This document shows, piece by piece, positions 1-9,624 of a stretch of DNA of 64,000 nt (positions within the stretch are counted from its first letter, which is position 1; each line of letters opens with the position of its first letter). Location: positions 54,079 to 118,078 of the forward strand of contig CALZHT010000013.1 in the NCBI GenBank assembly GCA_945787445.1. Direction: 5' to 3'. Position numbers and translations under genes: made by a program. This stretch comes from an uncultured Desulfobulbaceae bacterium. GTDB taxonomy: Bacteria > Desulfobacterota > Desulfobulbia > Desulfobulbales > CALZHT01. Under the pieces are notes generated by a model that was not told the origin of the DNA, did not search any database, and saw only the letters and a list, made by a program, of their open reading frames with translations.

Positions 1-929
1 AGTATCCGTTGAGCGCCGTTGGTTGCCGCGCCCCCGCCCTGTTCGGCAATAAAGGCCATGGGAGCCGCCTCGCACAGGAGCCGCAGTTTTCCGTGCGATA
101 ATCTTGGATCGTGGCTGTCGGCCGGATACATGTAAATACCGCCATAGAGCAGGTTGCGGTGAAAATCGGCAACCAGTGATCCCACATAACGGGAGGTATA
201 GGGTTTGCCGAGATGGTTCCGGTCCGACTTGAAATAATTGATTGCAGCAGTGGTCTGCTCATTCCAATAGAGACTGTAGGATTCATTGACGGAATATATT
301 TTGCCCTGCGGCGGAATTTGAATATTCGGATGAGAAAGGAGAAATTCGCCCACTGAAGGGTCAAGGGTAAAACCGTGCACACCTTGGCCGGCCGTATAGA
401 CAAGGATGGTGCTGGAGCCGTAAAGAAAATAGCCTGCCGCCACCTGCTCGCTGCCCCGGCGCAGAAAATTTTCAATTGAGCCGCACTCGGAGGTCCCCAG
501 GCTGTGATGAATGGAAAAAATGGTACCGATGCTCACATTGGCGTCGATGTTGGAGGAGCCGTCCAAGGGATCAAAAATGATGATATAGTTTCCACGCGGC
601 AGGTTTTCCGGCACTTCGATGACGCTTTCATTTTCCTCGGATGATAGGGCGCAGAGCAGTCCGGAGCGCTGCATTCTCCAGATAAAGACCTGGTCGGCGA
701 AATCATCCAGTTTGCGGACCTTTTCCCCCTGGACATTGACATCGCCGGTGAGGCCGAGGATATCGACCAGACCGGCCTTGTTCACTTCTCGAGAAATAAG
801 CTTTGCGCCAATGATAAGTTCTGAAAGCAGGCGGGTGAATTGACCGGTTGCGGTTGGGCATTCATCCTCACACAAAAGAAGATGCTCGGTAATTGTGGTT
901 CCCATCTTGTGTTTGATTTTGTTTGCCAT
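1..929 (-). CDS. fbp: fructose-1,6-bisphosphatase class 1 (3' end cut by window edge)
   Basis: Own translation of the minus strand from ATG at 929 gives [18 protein letters not shown]... and contains [19 protein letters not shown], the FBPase class 1 signature region. The ORF runs off the window start, so it is absent from the ORF track. Confidence 0.85.
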   Translation of the reverse strand, partial: MANKIKHKMGTTITEHLLLCEDECPTATGQFTRLLSELIIGAKLISREVNKAGLVDILGLTGDVNVQGEKVRKLDDFADQVFIWRMQRSGLLCALSSEENESVIEVPENLPRGNYIIIFDPLDGSSNIDANVSIGTIFSIHHSLGTSECGSIENFLRRGSEQVAAGYFLYGSSTILVYTAGQGVHGFTLDPSVGEFLLSHPNIQIPPQGKIYSVNESYSLYWNEQTTAAINYFKSDRNHLGKPYTSRYVGSLVADFHRNLLYGGIYMYPADSHDPRLSHGKLRLLCEAAPMAFIAEQGGGAATNGAQRI

Positions 930-1191
930 GCCCAACCTCTAATTTCCTTGAATCCCGCCTAACCCTTATTCTAGAAAATAAGAACGATCGTTTGAATAGC
1001 AAGCACGGAAAGGACTTTTGCGACTCTACTTGGTGGAGAGTCGCGACGATCTGATCAAACAGACCCTGCCGGCTGTCTTTATTTGAGAATGTTACAAAAT
1101 TAAGAAATCGCGGTAGGTTAGGATTAAAGCGGTTTTCGGGCCCTATTTCGCCTGTAAGCTTTCTCTATTTGGGCCTGCATGACTTTGTAAC

Positions 1192-1512
1192 CTATCTGGC
1201 CAGGGTTGTTTGCTTTTTCTCCTTCATTAGTTCGGCCCAGTCTATAGCACAGCAAACGGCATCCAAAGGCGATCCCAAGTTCCATTTTCCTTTTTTCTTT
1301 TCCAAGGATTCGGGATCAGAGGCTCTCCTGAAGACAATGCTTTGATCCTCTGGATCAAGCAAAACAATTTCAAGTTGCGGCGGGATGGAATAAGGGAAGA
1401 TTTTTCTGCCAATTTTTATTGTTTTAACATACCCTGCTTCTTTGTCGCGGAAATCATCTTCAAGTTCTTTTATAAAAGATTGATAATTCTGCTTTACTTT
1501 CTCTTTTTGCAT
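1192..1512 (-). CDS. hypothetical protein, 106 aa
   Basis: Track ORF with no competing ORF of better quality. I recognise no family. Confidence 0.4.
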   Translation of the reverse strand: MQKEKVKQNYQSFIKELEDDFRDKEAGYVKTIKIGRKIFPYSIPPQLEIVLLDPEDQSIVFRRASDPESLEKKKGKWNLGSPLDAVCCAIDWAELMKEKKQTTLAR

Positions 1513-1742
1513 ATACGACCTTCCTCTTCAAGTTTGTTATTTGCCGGACAAAAAATCTGCCTGAACAGTTTTGCTTGCCTGCGAACTTGGCCATTGAGGT
1601 TATTCTGGATGCTATTAGAGGCGCAAAGATACTATCTGATAAAATTTAGAGATATGGAGGTGATAATTTGTTCCTATAATTCGGAAAGAAAATTATCTAA
1701 AGTGATTTAGATAGACCTGGATCCATCCGTATACAAAATATT

Positions 1743-1786
1743 AAAAAAAAGGGCACTATTCCCCTATTTGTTAAGGAATAGTGCCC
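1743..1786 (-). terminator. intrinsic terminator downstream of hup
   Basis: 12-bp stem GGGCACTATTCC/GGAATAGTGCCC. It is followed on the minus strand by an 8-nt T run and lies 35 nt after the hup stop. Confidence 0.8.
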
Positions 1787-1820
1787 CGTTGTCAAAAATA
1801 ATTTGGAAATAAGAAAAGGT

Positions 1821-2093
1821 TTATTTCACAGCCTTTGCAAGCTTGCTGCCGGGCTTGAATTTGGCGACCTTCTTGGCCTTGATCTTCATGGGTTTGCCTG
1901 TCTGGGGATTGCGGCCGTTTCTGGCTTTCCGTTTTGTGACAGAGAAGGTGCCAAAGCCAATAAGTGTCACCTTGTCACCCTTTTTCAGGGATTTGCTAAT
2001 TGCATCAAGCGTGCAGCCCAAGGCCTTTCCTGCAGCTGCCTTGCTGATCTTTGCATTTTTAGCAACAGTTTCAATGAGTTCTCCTTTGTTCAT
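1821..2093 (-). CDS. hup: HU family DNA-binding protein
   Basis: 90 aa: MNKGELIETVA...GFGTFSVTKRKARNGRNPQTGKPMKIKAKKVAKFKPG. This is the typical HU/IHF fold sequence with the RNPQTG arm. Confidence 0.93.
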   Translation of the reverse strand: MNKGELIETVAKNAKISKAAAGKALGCTLDAISKSLKKGDKVTLIGFGTFSVTKRKARNGRNPQTGKPMKIKAKKVAKFKPGSKLAKAVK

Positions 2094-2594
2094 TCTTCAT
2101 CCTCCTCTCTCATAGTAGAGATTTTCCTGACTTTTTCTTATCCCACAATTGATATATTAGTTTCGATTATCAATGAAATAACGAGCACTTGTCAAGGATA
2201 AAGTTATTTTTTTAGGAAAAGAACAAGAATGGTGTTTCATCTCCCCGCAGTTTTTGGGCAGGTTTTCTCTTCAAACATGATCAAGATCGGACTGAAAAAG
2301 CCTGAAATTTTTGGCGTCATTGCATTTAGGTTTAGGTAAATGCGTCTGAAGGCGATTCAAGCTTGACAGCCTCCAGAGCCAATCAGATTTAGGATCACCA
2401 GTTGACGGCCAGGGCTTAATGGATAAGGTTTTTTCTAACACAGCATAAAATTAACTGCCCAACATGCTCTGCCCTTTCATCGTATAAAAGTGATACCACT
2501 GCAAAAAGTTGTTGCTATTCTGAAATTTTCGGCTATTATCTACCCCATCGTTGTGTAGTCACTATTTGTAGTTCATGAATTACGGAAAAGCTAG

Positions 2595-2632
2595 CCGCAC
2601 AATCCTCACTAAAGAGGGAGTGCGGTTTTTTT
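2595..2632 (+). terminator. terminator-like hairpin inside the csp upstream region
   Basis: CCGCAC...GTGCGG stem with an inner CCTC/GAGG pairing, followed by TTTTTTT. It lies 105 nt upstream of the csp start. Confidence 0.55.
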
Positions 2633-2736
2633 GTTTGAACACAATGACTGCCGGCCGGTTTATATTTTCATACACCGGCATTTTATTATTTAAGCGGTTC
2701 CAGAAGCGAACCGCTTACAGTAAGGAGTAGTTCAAG

Positions 2737-2937
2737 ATGGCTGAAGGTACAGTAAAATGGTTTAATGATTCAAAGGGTTTTGGTTTTATCGAGCAGGATG
2801 GTGGAGCAGATATTTTCGTTCACCACAGCGCAATCCAGGCCCAAGGCTTCAAATCCCTCCAGGAGGGCGCTCGGGTAACATTCGAGGTAGTTGACGGTCC
2901 TAAAGGTCCGGCAGCCTCTCAGGTTGTCCAGCTGTAA
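2737..2937 (+). CDS. csp: cold-shock protein, CspA family
   Basis: 66 aa: [33 protein letters not shown], carrying the RNP1/RNP2 motifs. RBS is AAGGAG. A perfect 9-bp hairpin (2692-2716) sits just upstream. Confidence 0.95.
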   Translation: MAEGTVKWFNDSKGFGFIEQDGGADIFVHHSAIQAQGFKSLQEGARVTFEVVDGPKGPAASQVVQL

Positions 2938-2962
2938 AGCTAAATTTAGACCAAGACAAAAA

Positions 2963-2988
2963 CCCCGCTTCTTGCGGGGTTTTTTTTC
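2963..2988 (+). terminator. intrinsic terminator of csp
   Basis: CCCCGC-TTCTT-GCGGGG followed by a T9 run. Confidence 0.9.
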
Positions 2989-3204
2989 GTCGTATTTTTA
3001 CGTCGAACACCAACCATTACTAGTAGCCGTTTACAGATTTACGGAACCCTCCCACCTGTAAGCATTTAGCAGTGCCACAGATTCATGCAGATAAGCGCAG
3101 ACTTCGAGTAGGTTGGTGAATCTATCACGCCGCGTGATGTGAGCCAGCCTAATCGTGCGAAGATGGGGTGCTGATGAACGCTTACCATTAAAAAGGATCA
3201 GAAC

Positions 3205-3348
3205 TTGGCCAAAACAAATTATTCATTTGCAAAGCGCCAGAAAGAATTGGCAAAGAAAAAGAAGAAAGAGGAAAAAAGGCAGCGCAAGCTGGAGAAACAG
3301 CAGAATTCTCCCGAGGAAAAGGAGAACCTTCCTCTTCAGGATGACTAA
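3205..3348 (+). CDS. small Lys/Glu-rich protein, 47 aa, TTG start
   Basis: Own translation: (M)AKTNYSFAKRQKELAKKKKKEEKRQRKLEKQQNSPEEKENLPLQDD. AAGGA lies 7 nt upstream of the TTG. Too short for the ORF track. It occupies the region the track assigns to a false N-terminal extension of the ABC-F gene. Confidence 0.45.
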   Translation: MAKTNYSFAKRQKELAKKKKKEEKRQRKLEKQQNSPEEKENLPLQDD

Positions 3349-3421
3349 TAGCTTTTCCTTACCGAATACATTCTATGCCACGGGGAGTCTCCTTGTGGCT
3401 TTTTATTATGAGGACATAAAA

Positions 3422-5056
3422 ATGATAACCGCATCTAATCTTGCTCTCGCCTATGGCAAGAGGGTCATCTTCCAGGACGTCAATATCAAGTTTACCCCTG
3501 GCAACTGCTACGGTCTAATCGGGGCGAACGGCGCCGGCAAATCCACTTTTCTGAAAATCCTGGCAGGTCAGCTTGAGCCTGATCGGGGCCAGATTTCCAA
3601 GGGATCGAAACAGCGCATCGCCATGCTCAACCAGGACCAGTTCGCCTTTGACGAGCACTCTGTTTTTAATACTGTGATCATGGGCCATAAAAAGCTCTAC
3701 AAGGTGATGGCCGAACGGGAGGCTCTCTATGCCAAGGCTGATTTTACCGAGGAAGACGGCATCCGTTCCGGAGAACTGGAGGCAAAGTTCGGTGAAATGA
3801 ACGGCTATGAGGCAGAGGCAGAAGCTGCGGTGCTGCTAAACGGCCTCGGCATCCCGGAAGAAATGCGTCAGAAAAGGATGAAGGAGCTTGACGGCAGCGA
3901 TAAAGTACGAGTGCTGCTGGCCCAGGCCCTGTTCGGCAATCCGGATATCCTGCTGCTGGACGAGCCTACCAACCAGCTGGATCTGCAGACCATCACCTGG
4001 TTGGAGGATTTTCTCTCCCGCTTCCAGAACACCGTGATCATCGTCTCCCATGACCGCCATTTTTTGAACCAGGTCTGTACTCATATGGCGGATATCGATT
4101 ATGGCAAAATTCAGGTCTATGTCGGCAACTATGACTTCTGGCATCAGGCCAGCCAACTCCATTTCCGCCAGAAGGAGACCGAAAGCAAAAAAGCCCAGGC
4201 CAAGGCTGAGGAACTCAAGGAATTCATCCAGCGTTTCAGTTCCAACGCCTCCAAGGCCAAACAGGCCACCTCACGGAAGAAGCTTCTTGAAAAGCTCACC
4301 CTGGAGGACATGCCGATCTCCTCCCGAAAATATCCCTACATCGTTTTCCAACCGGAACGCCCCTGTGGAGACGTCATTTTGGAGATCAATAATCTTTGCA
4401 AAGAGATCGACGGGATTTCCATGTTTAAGGATCTCACTCTCACTGTCAACAAGGGGGACAAGATAGCCTTTGTCGGGGCTAATAGCCTGGCTAAAACCAC
4501 CCTGTTTCAGATTTTGGCCGGAGAGCTTGCGCCGGACAAAGGCAGCTTTCGTTGGGGAGTAACCATCAATAGCTCCTATTTCCCGAAAGAGCATAATGCG
4601 TATTTCAATGATGAAGAGCTTAATCTTATTACCTGGCTGCGCCAGTTTGCACCTCCCACGGAGCATGAGAGTTTTGTTCGGGGGTTCCTGGGCAAAATGC
4701 TTTTTTCCGGGGAGGAGGCGATGAAAAATACCTCAGTGCTTTCCGGTGGCGAACGGGTGCGCTGCATGCTCTCCAAGATGATGCTCTCCGGCGCTAACGC
4801 CCTTATTCTCGACGAGCCCACCAACCATCTTGACCTGGAGTCAATCACCTCATTGAATAACGGCCTGATGGCTTTTCCGGAGGTGGTACTCTTTGCTTCC
4901 CATGACCATCAGTTTGTGTCCACAGTGGCAAACCGGATTGTCGAAATCACTCCGGACGGCATCATCGACGTGATGATGGACTTTGACGAGTACCTGGCAA
5001 TGAAGGAAGCGAGTCTGTCCGAAGAGAATGAATACTCGGACAGTCAGGCAGCCTAG
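3422..5056 (+). CDS. ybiT: ABC-F family ATPase, YbiT-like
   Basis: Two ABC domains (GANGAGKST, LSGGE, LLLDEPTN). Collinear with E. coli YbiT as I recall it (QDQFAFDE, VIMGH, HDRHFLN, CTHMADIDYG). Start moved to ATG 3422 (MITASNLALAYG), with GAGGA upstream. Confidence 0.9.
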   Translation: MITASNLALAYGKRVIFQDVNIKFTPGNCYGLIGANGAGKSTFLKILAGQLEPDRGQISKGSKQRIAMLNQDQFAFDEHSVFNTVIMGHKKLYKVMAEREALYAKADFTEEDGIRSGELEAKFGEMNGYEAEAEAAVLLNGLGIPEEMRQKRMKELDGSDKVRVLLAQALFGNPDILLLDEPTNQLDLQTITWLEDFLSRFQNTVIIVSHDRHFLNQVCTHMADIDYGKIQVYVGNYDFWHQASQLHFRQKETESKKAQAKAEELKEFIQRFSSNASKAKQATSRKKLLEKLTLEDMPISSRKYPYIVFQPERPCGDVILEINNLCKEIDGISMFKDLTLTVNKGDKIAFVGANSLAKTTLFQILAGELAPDKGSFRWGVTINSSYFPKEHNAYFNDEELNLITWLRQFAPPTEHESFVRGFLGKMLFSGEEAMKNTSVLSGGERVRCMLSKMMLSGANALILDEPTNHLDLESITSLNNGLMAFPEVVLFASHDHQFVSTVANRIVEITPDGIIDVMMDFDEYLAMKEASLSEENEYSDSQAA

Positions 5057-5595
5057 CCCTGATTATTCACGAATTGAGACGGCAGGAAAGCAGCGGAAGA
5101 AGGTCTATCGCTATACAAAAGTATGCGAAAGGCCTGATAACAAAAGATTTCCTGCTGGATCGACTCGCCTCTGGTGAGCATTTTAGAATAATGATATAGA
5201 TGGATGAAAATGCAGAGTGTCTTTGTGGTTGAAGCTATTTCACTTCCAAATTAAATCATATTTACAATAACATATAAGTAATTTACAAAAATGCTCATGA
5301 ATAATTCGGGCTAGAGAGCCTGAAGGCAGACTTAGCATCTCTGGTGCTCTCTTTTTTCACCGACATTGTTATCAGATGGGTGAAACAGAAAAATTAAGGT
5401 GATAGAAGATTGAGAAATCAACCTGAAAACTATAGAAGATGCTTGACAAAATTCTAGGATAGGTAAAAATTCTTTTCTTTTATGTTTCCCGGTTCGGCAT
5501 ATCTCGAGGTGCTGATTTTTTTCGGCAGGGCGTAGATTAAATTTGGTAGTCTGAAGGGAAGGGATACGTGTAGTAATATTCAGGAAGTAATACTC

Positions 5596-5907
5596 ATGCC
5601 AATCAAGGAAGACTATAGAGAGCGAGCTCTTAAAATCCTGCCTTGGATCTGCTCAAAATGCGGCCGTGAATTTCCAGGAAAAAAATTGCGTGAGCTGACG
5701 GTGCACCATAAGGATCATAATCACGATAATAATCCGCCGGACGGCAGCAATTGGGAACTTCTCTGTCTCTATTGTCATGACAATGAACACTCGCGTTCCC
5801 TGGAGGCTGAGTGGCAGAACACCACTGACCGTGGCGAGGATAAGGGACAAACGGTTACCCATAACCCCTTTGCCGACCTCAAAGATCTGTTGAAAGACAA
5901 AAAATGA
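5596..5907 (+). CDS. yajD: HNH nuclease, YajD family
   Basis: 103 aa with the CSKCG...HHKDHNHDNNPPDGSNWELLCLYCHDNEH motif typical of YajD. Confidence 0.8.
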   Translation: MPIKEDYRERALKILPWICSKCGREFPGKKLRELTVHHKDHNHDNNPPDGSNWELLCLYCHDNEHSRSLEAEWQNTTDRGEDKGQTVTHNPFADLKDLLKDKK

Positions 5908-6325
5908 TGTGTGGCAGTGACCATCGGTTTTGAGCTCCTGGCCGTCCTTATCCAAGACTGTCCGGGTAGCTGTTTATCTTTATTTTTAATCAGCGCTTCG
6001 ATTTCATTTCCCAGAAAATGTTACTGCATCCTTGAGCAGGCATGTGCCCCCACTGCATTTGGTGCAGCCAATCGCATACCAAATCTGGCTCAATAATTCA
6101 ATAAACAATAACGTTTTTGAACCAACGTCTCTTTTTGAATGGCACGATTGTTTGCTTAGCCGCCTCCGTGGACTAAGCAGATATTTTCTGTTAGAATTTT
6201 GAGATTGTAATCAGAAAGGCAATGGAGGAGTAATCTTTACCCCTGACATGAATATCCAGCAAATTGAGATCAGAGCGTCCCGGGACCGGTTTTCTTCTGT
6301 CCTCTGATTGCTGACCTCTGAAAGT

Positions 6326-6401
6326 TGGTGCCCCCGGCATGAATCGAACATGCGACACCAGGATTAGGAATCCTGTGCTCTATCCCCTGAGCTACGGGGG
6401 C
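6326..6401 (-). tRNA. tRNA-Arg (anticodon CCT)
   Basis: Reverse complement GCCCCCGTAGCTCAGGGGATAGAGCACAGGATTCCTAATCCTGGTGTCGCATGTTCGATTCATGCCGGGGGCACCA folds as a cloverleaf. Anticodon loop is TTCCTAA. CCA is encoded. Confidence 0.92.
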
Positions 6402-6529
6402 TATTGGATTGATTTATGTGCGGTTTTTTTACACTAATTCCATTGGCACTGCAAGCTTTCTTAGCTGCATTTTGAAATCCCTTTATCTGACATTGCCTGC
6501 ATGATGGTTTATTCTCTAGCAATCCTTAA

Positions 6530-7699
6530 TCAGCCTAGCCAATCGGATTCAAACAGCATTTTCCAGGGGATCACGGTAATATCTCCAAGTTGATAAGGAA
6601 GTGCGGCAGTGGAAACACAGACAGGCTTTACCTGAGGATAATCATTTATGAACGATTTGAGGCCTCGTAAATCCTGAGCGCGCACGTTGGCGCTGGATTT
6701 TATTTCAATCGCCCAGGTAATCCCTTCCTTTTCAACAACAAGATCGACCTCTGCGCCGTGTGAACTTCGCCAATGGTAAACTTGAAAATCGTATGCCAGG
6801 GAGGAGAGGATCCGAAATACTTCAAGGATAATGAAATGCTCGAATAATCTTCCATAAACCGTTGGTGTCTTGATGGCTTCATAGCTTGTCCGACCGGTGA
6901 GGCTGTTGATCACCCCCAGATCAAACAAATAATATTTAGGATGGCGAACCAGCCTTTTGCGCATGCTTTTAAGATACGGTTCAAGTTTAAGGGCTACAAG
7001 ACTGTCTTCGAGGATTTGATAATATCCTTGGACTGTTTTGCTATTGACGCCTGTCTCTCTGGCAATAGTGGAGTAGTTGACAATATTGCCGCTCTGGTCC
7101 GCAGCAATTGAGAGGAATCTGCTGAAGGCCGGAATATTTCTGACCAGAGCTTCATCAAGTATTTCTTCTTTGAGATAGGTGTTGGTATAAGCCCGCAAGG
7201 TGCGAAAGGCATCCCTGACTTCTTCCTGGATGAGTGGGGGCAAACTCCCTTTGAGAAGAGTTTCATCCAAGGAAAATTTCTTACCAAGCTCAATATGGGT
7301 AAGGGGGTGCAGAGACAATTCCCAGGCCCGTCCAGCAAGTAGATTTACAGAGCCTCTCCTCAGCTTCCTGGCGCTGGAGCCGGTCAGGATGAAAAAGAAC
7401 CTTCCTTGATGGGTTTCAAGCAGGTAGTGAATTCCATTGAGTAAATCAGGCACTCTCTGGATTTCATCAATGAAAACCGTTATCGTCTCCATCCGTTTAA
7501 GGGCATATTCTAATTCTCTCCTTAGAATTGACGGCTCGGCTTTATATTTGAGAAATTCATCGGTTAAAAGCAAATTGATGGCAATGTGTTCTTTTCCCTC
7601 CAACACTTTCTGGACCAAGGTGCTTTTGCCTACCTGGCGTGGGCCCAGCAAAAAGAAACTTTTTCTGTCAATGGGAAGACTGATCATTCTGGGAATCAT
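6530..7699 (-). CDS. AAA-type ATPase with C-terminal DUF4143-like region
   Basis: 389 aa. Walker A is GPRQVGKST. The overall pattern matches the AAA_14 plus DUF4143 ATP-binding protein family (from memory). Confidence 0.75.
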   Translation of the reverse strand: MIPRMISLPIDRKSFFLLGPRQVGKSTLVQKVLEGKEHIAINLLLTDEFLKYKAEPSILRRELEYALKRMETITVFIDEIQRVPDLLNGIHYLLETHQGRFFFILTGSSARKLRRGSVNLLAGRAWELSLHPLTHIELGKKFSLDETLLKGSLPPLIQEEVRDAFRTLRAYTNTYLKEEILDEALVRNIPAFSRFLSIAADQSGNIVNYSTIARETGVNSKTVQGYYQILEDSLVALKLEPYLKSMRKRLVRHPKYYLFDLGVINSLTGRTSYEAIKTPTVYGRLFEHFIILEVFRILSSLAYDFQVYHWRSSHGAEVDLVVEKEGITWAIEIKSSANVRAQDLRGLKSFINDYPQVKPVCVSTAALPYQLGDITVIPWKMLFESDWLG

Positions 7700-8029
7700 G
7701 ATACTATTTTACAGTGTAATTTCGGAATAGCAAGCAGAAAATTCACGATATCTGCCTGGATATGCAAACGGAATTTGTGTCATTCTTTTCCCTATGATCT
7801 TCGGATAGGAGGTGCTGACATAACTGTCGCTCTTTTTTCCGCTTTCCCCTTTTTTGATAAGGGTGCAGGTGCTTTTGCCCGGCTGATTACAGGATATGGA
7901 CTTGGACCTCTTTCACTCTGCGTTACAAGCGGCGCACTGTTCCGGTTCGCCATTGACTTCCCTGTCTCCATTCTTATGATTAGTAAAGAAGCATTCGTTT
8001 GCTGTCATGCCTTGATAGGAGAGGAAACC

Positions 8030-9595
8030 GTGTACAATCGAGCTGATCTTTCTGATGAAGACCTGGCCCGGCTGCTGCCCCACACCATGGGTACGCAGCA
8101 TCCGGACAATGTGTCGAGCGTCCCATTCGGCACAAGCCCCAGGGTTGACCGCAACCTTGAAGAAGAGGAAGTGCTGTACAATGTTTCGGTGCTTGGTCTC
8201 AAGGAGGTGATGATAGATTACGAGCGCAAACATGGGCAGTGCACCCCCCTGTGGGATTGGCTGCACAAGTGCCCCGCCTGCCTTGAGGAGAAAATAATCG
8301 GCCGGGACTTTCACGTCACTCCCAGAATTCCCAATCCGGACCAGGAACGGGACGACCCCTACTTCTGGCAGAGCCTGGGTATCTTCATCAGCGATCTGCT
8401 GGTCATGCATCGGATGAGCCTTGAGGGACAGGCCTTTTCGGAATTCATCGTACCACAGACAAGCAGCGGGGCCATGGTGGCCAGAATCGAGCGCGACATT
8501 CAGGAGCGGTTTGCTCTTGAGAAGAAGCAATATCAGCATTACGGAGACGGCTCCCGATTCCCCTTTGACCGGGAGTTTTTTGTGCAGGGCATTCCTTTGA
8601 TTGAGACGGTTGAGGAATTACTTGCCCCGGAGCGCATCTGGGATGAGCTCATCCATACCCGAAAAGAACTCACCGGCAAGCAAACCCATATCCAGCGGAG
8701 TTTTATCGCTCGCAGCGACCCAGCCCTGACCGCCGGAATGGTGCCGGCCCTGTTGGCCGCATCGGTGGCACTTCACAAGGGACGCCAGTATGAAGCCGAC
8801 ACCGGCATCAGGATTCCGCAAATCGTGGGGATCGGTTCCGCCCCTTATCGAGGTGGTCTATTGCCGGAGCCTTCGAGTATAGAAGCGGTGGTGGCCACCT
8901 ATCCGGGAGCCATGACCCTGACCGTGCAGTCGGCGTTCCGTTATGATCATCCGGAGGACCAGGTTATCAAGACAATCGGAACTCTAGATGCCCATATCGC
9001 CAAAGGGTGGCTTGACCGGGCTCGGATCGGTCCTGGGCCGGGTCTGGATGAAGTCAAAGAGATTGGCCTGGTGATCAGCAAATTCAAGGAGCGATATGAA
9101 GAAGGCTACCGTCAGCTTCTGCCTTTTCTGGCAAGGGTTGCAAGCCAGGTGCCCAGCCACCGCGAGCGCTATGAAAATGTGGAAATCGCCGGGGAGGCCC
9201 GTCTGGTAGGAGGGCTGCCGGCTGTACGGGCCATCAAGTTTGCCGCATCCTGTTACAGTATTGGCCTGCCGCCAGGCATTATCGGGGTTGGCGCTTTTCG
9301 TGGCCTGACCAAGGCACATAAAGAGCTTATGGCAGCCATCTGCCCAATGATTGACTACTGGATTCGTCAAGAGCTTCGCTGGCTAAACATTGATACCCTG
9401 AAGGCATTAGAACCTCTTGCGGATGCCCGCACGGTCAAGGAAGACCTTGAAGTAGCAGAGGATTGGGTTGGGATCATCGAGCCGCATCAACATCATGCAG
9501 AACTCACTGCCGAGATAGCGGCACTCTGTGAGAGGGGTGCCGAGTTCACTCCGCAGATTATGAAGGCTGCCAAACTACGGGGTTTTTTAGGCTGA
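8030..9595 (+). CDS. archaeal-type phosphoenolpyruvate carboxylase (PepcA family)
   Basis: Motifs MGTQHPDN, EVMIDYE, VTPRIPN, IARSDPA, GSAPYRGG, TVQSAFRYDH and the C-terminal KLRGFLG match the archaeal-type PEPC family. Start set to GTG 8030 behind GGAGAGG. The upstream 148 codons of the track ORF overlap the divergent promoter region. Confidence 0.85.
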   Translation: MYNRADLSDEDLARLLPHTMGTQHPDNVSSVPFGTSPRVDRNLEEEEVLYNVSVLGLKEVMIDYERKHGQCTPLWDWLHKCPACLEEKIIGRDFHVTPRIPNPDQERDDPYFWQSLGIFISDLLVMHRMSLEGQAFSEFIVPQTSSGAMVARIERDIQERFALEKKQYQHYGDGSRFPFDREFFVQGIPLIETVEELLAPERIWDELIHTRKELTGKQTHIQRSFIARSDPALTAGMVPALLAASVALHKGRQYEADTGIRIPQIVGIGSAPYRGGLLPEPSSIEAVVATYPGAMTLTVQSAFRYDHPEDQVIKTIGTLDAHIAKGWLDRARIGPGPGLDEVKEIGLVISKFKERYEEGYRQLLPFLARVASQVPSHRERYENVEIAGEARLVGGLPAVRAIKFAASCYSIGLPPGIIGVGAFRGLTKAHKELMAAICPMIDYWIRQELRWLNIDTLKALEPLADARTVKEDLEVAEDWVGIIEPHQHHAELTAEIAALCERGAEFTPQIMKAAKLRGFLG

Positions 9596-9624
9596 TTCCT
9601 CGCGGTTTACTGCGGGGTAGTTCA

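Noticed and set aside
3058-3083. Sigma-54-like TGGCACTGCTAAATGC on the minus strand. Also TGGCAGCCGGCTTAAGC at 28018-28034 and GGCAGCTTTAGC in the other family A copies
   Set aside because: The GG-to-GC spacing is off by 1-2 nt from the strict -24/-12 spacing. There is no suitably oriented downstream gene for the first one.
3155-3421. N-terminal extension of the ABC-F ORF (633 aa in the track)
   Set aside because: The extension is Arg/Lys-rich junk in that frame and is absent from YbiT homologs as I know them. A proper ATG with an SD lies at 3422, and a better small ORF occupies another frame.
7586-8029. First 148 codons of the 669-aa track ORF containing the PEPC
   Set aside because: This stretch overlaps the start of the divergent ATPase gene and its promoter region, and has no similarity to PepcA N-termini. 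GTG 8030 has a GGAGAGG SD and gives the expected ~520-aa protein.
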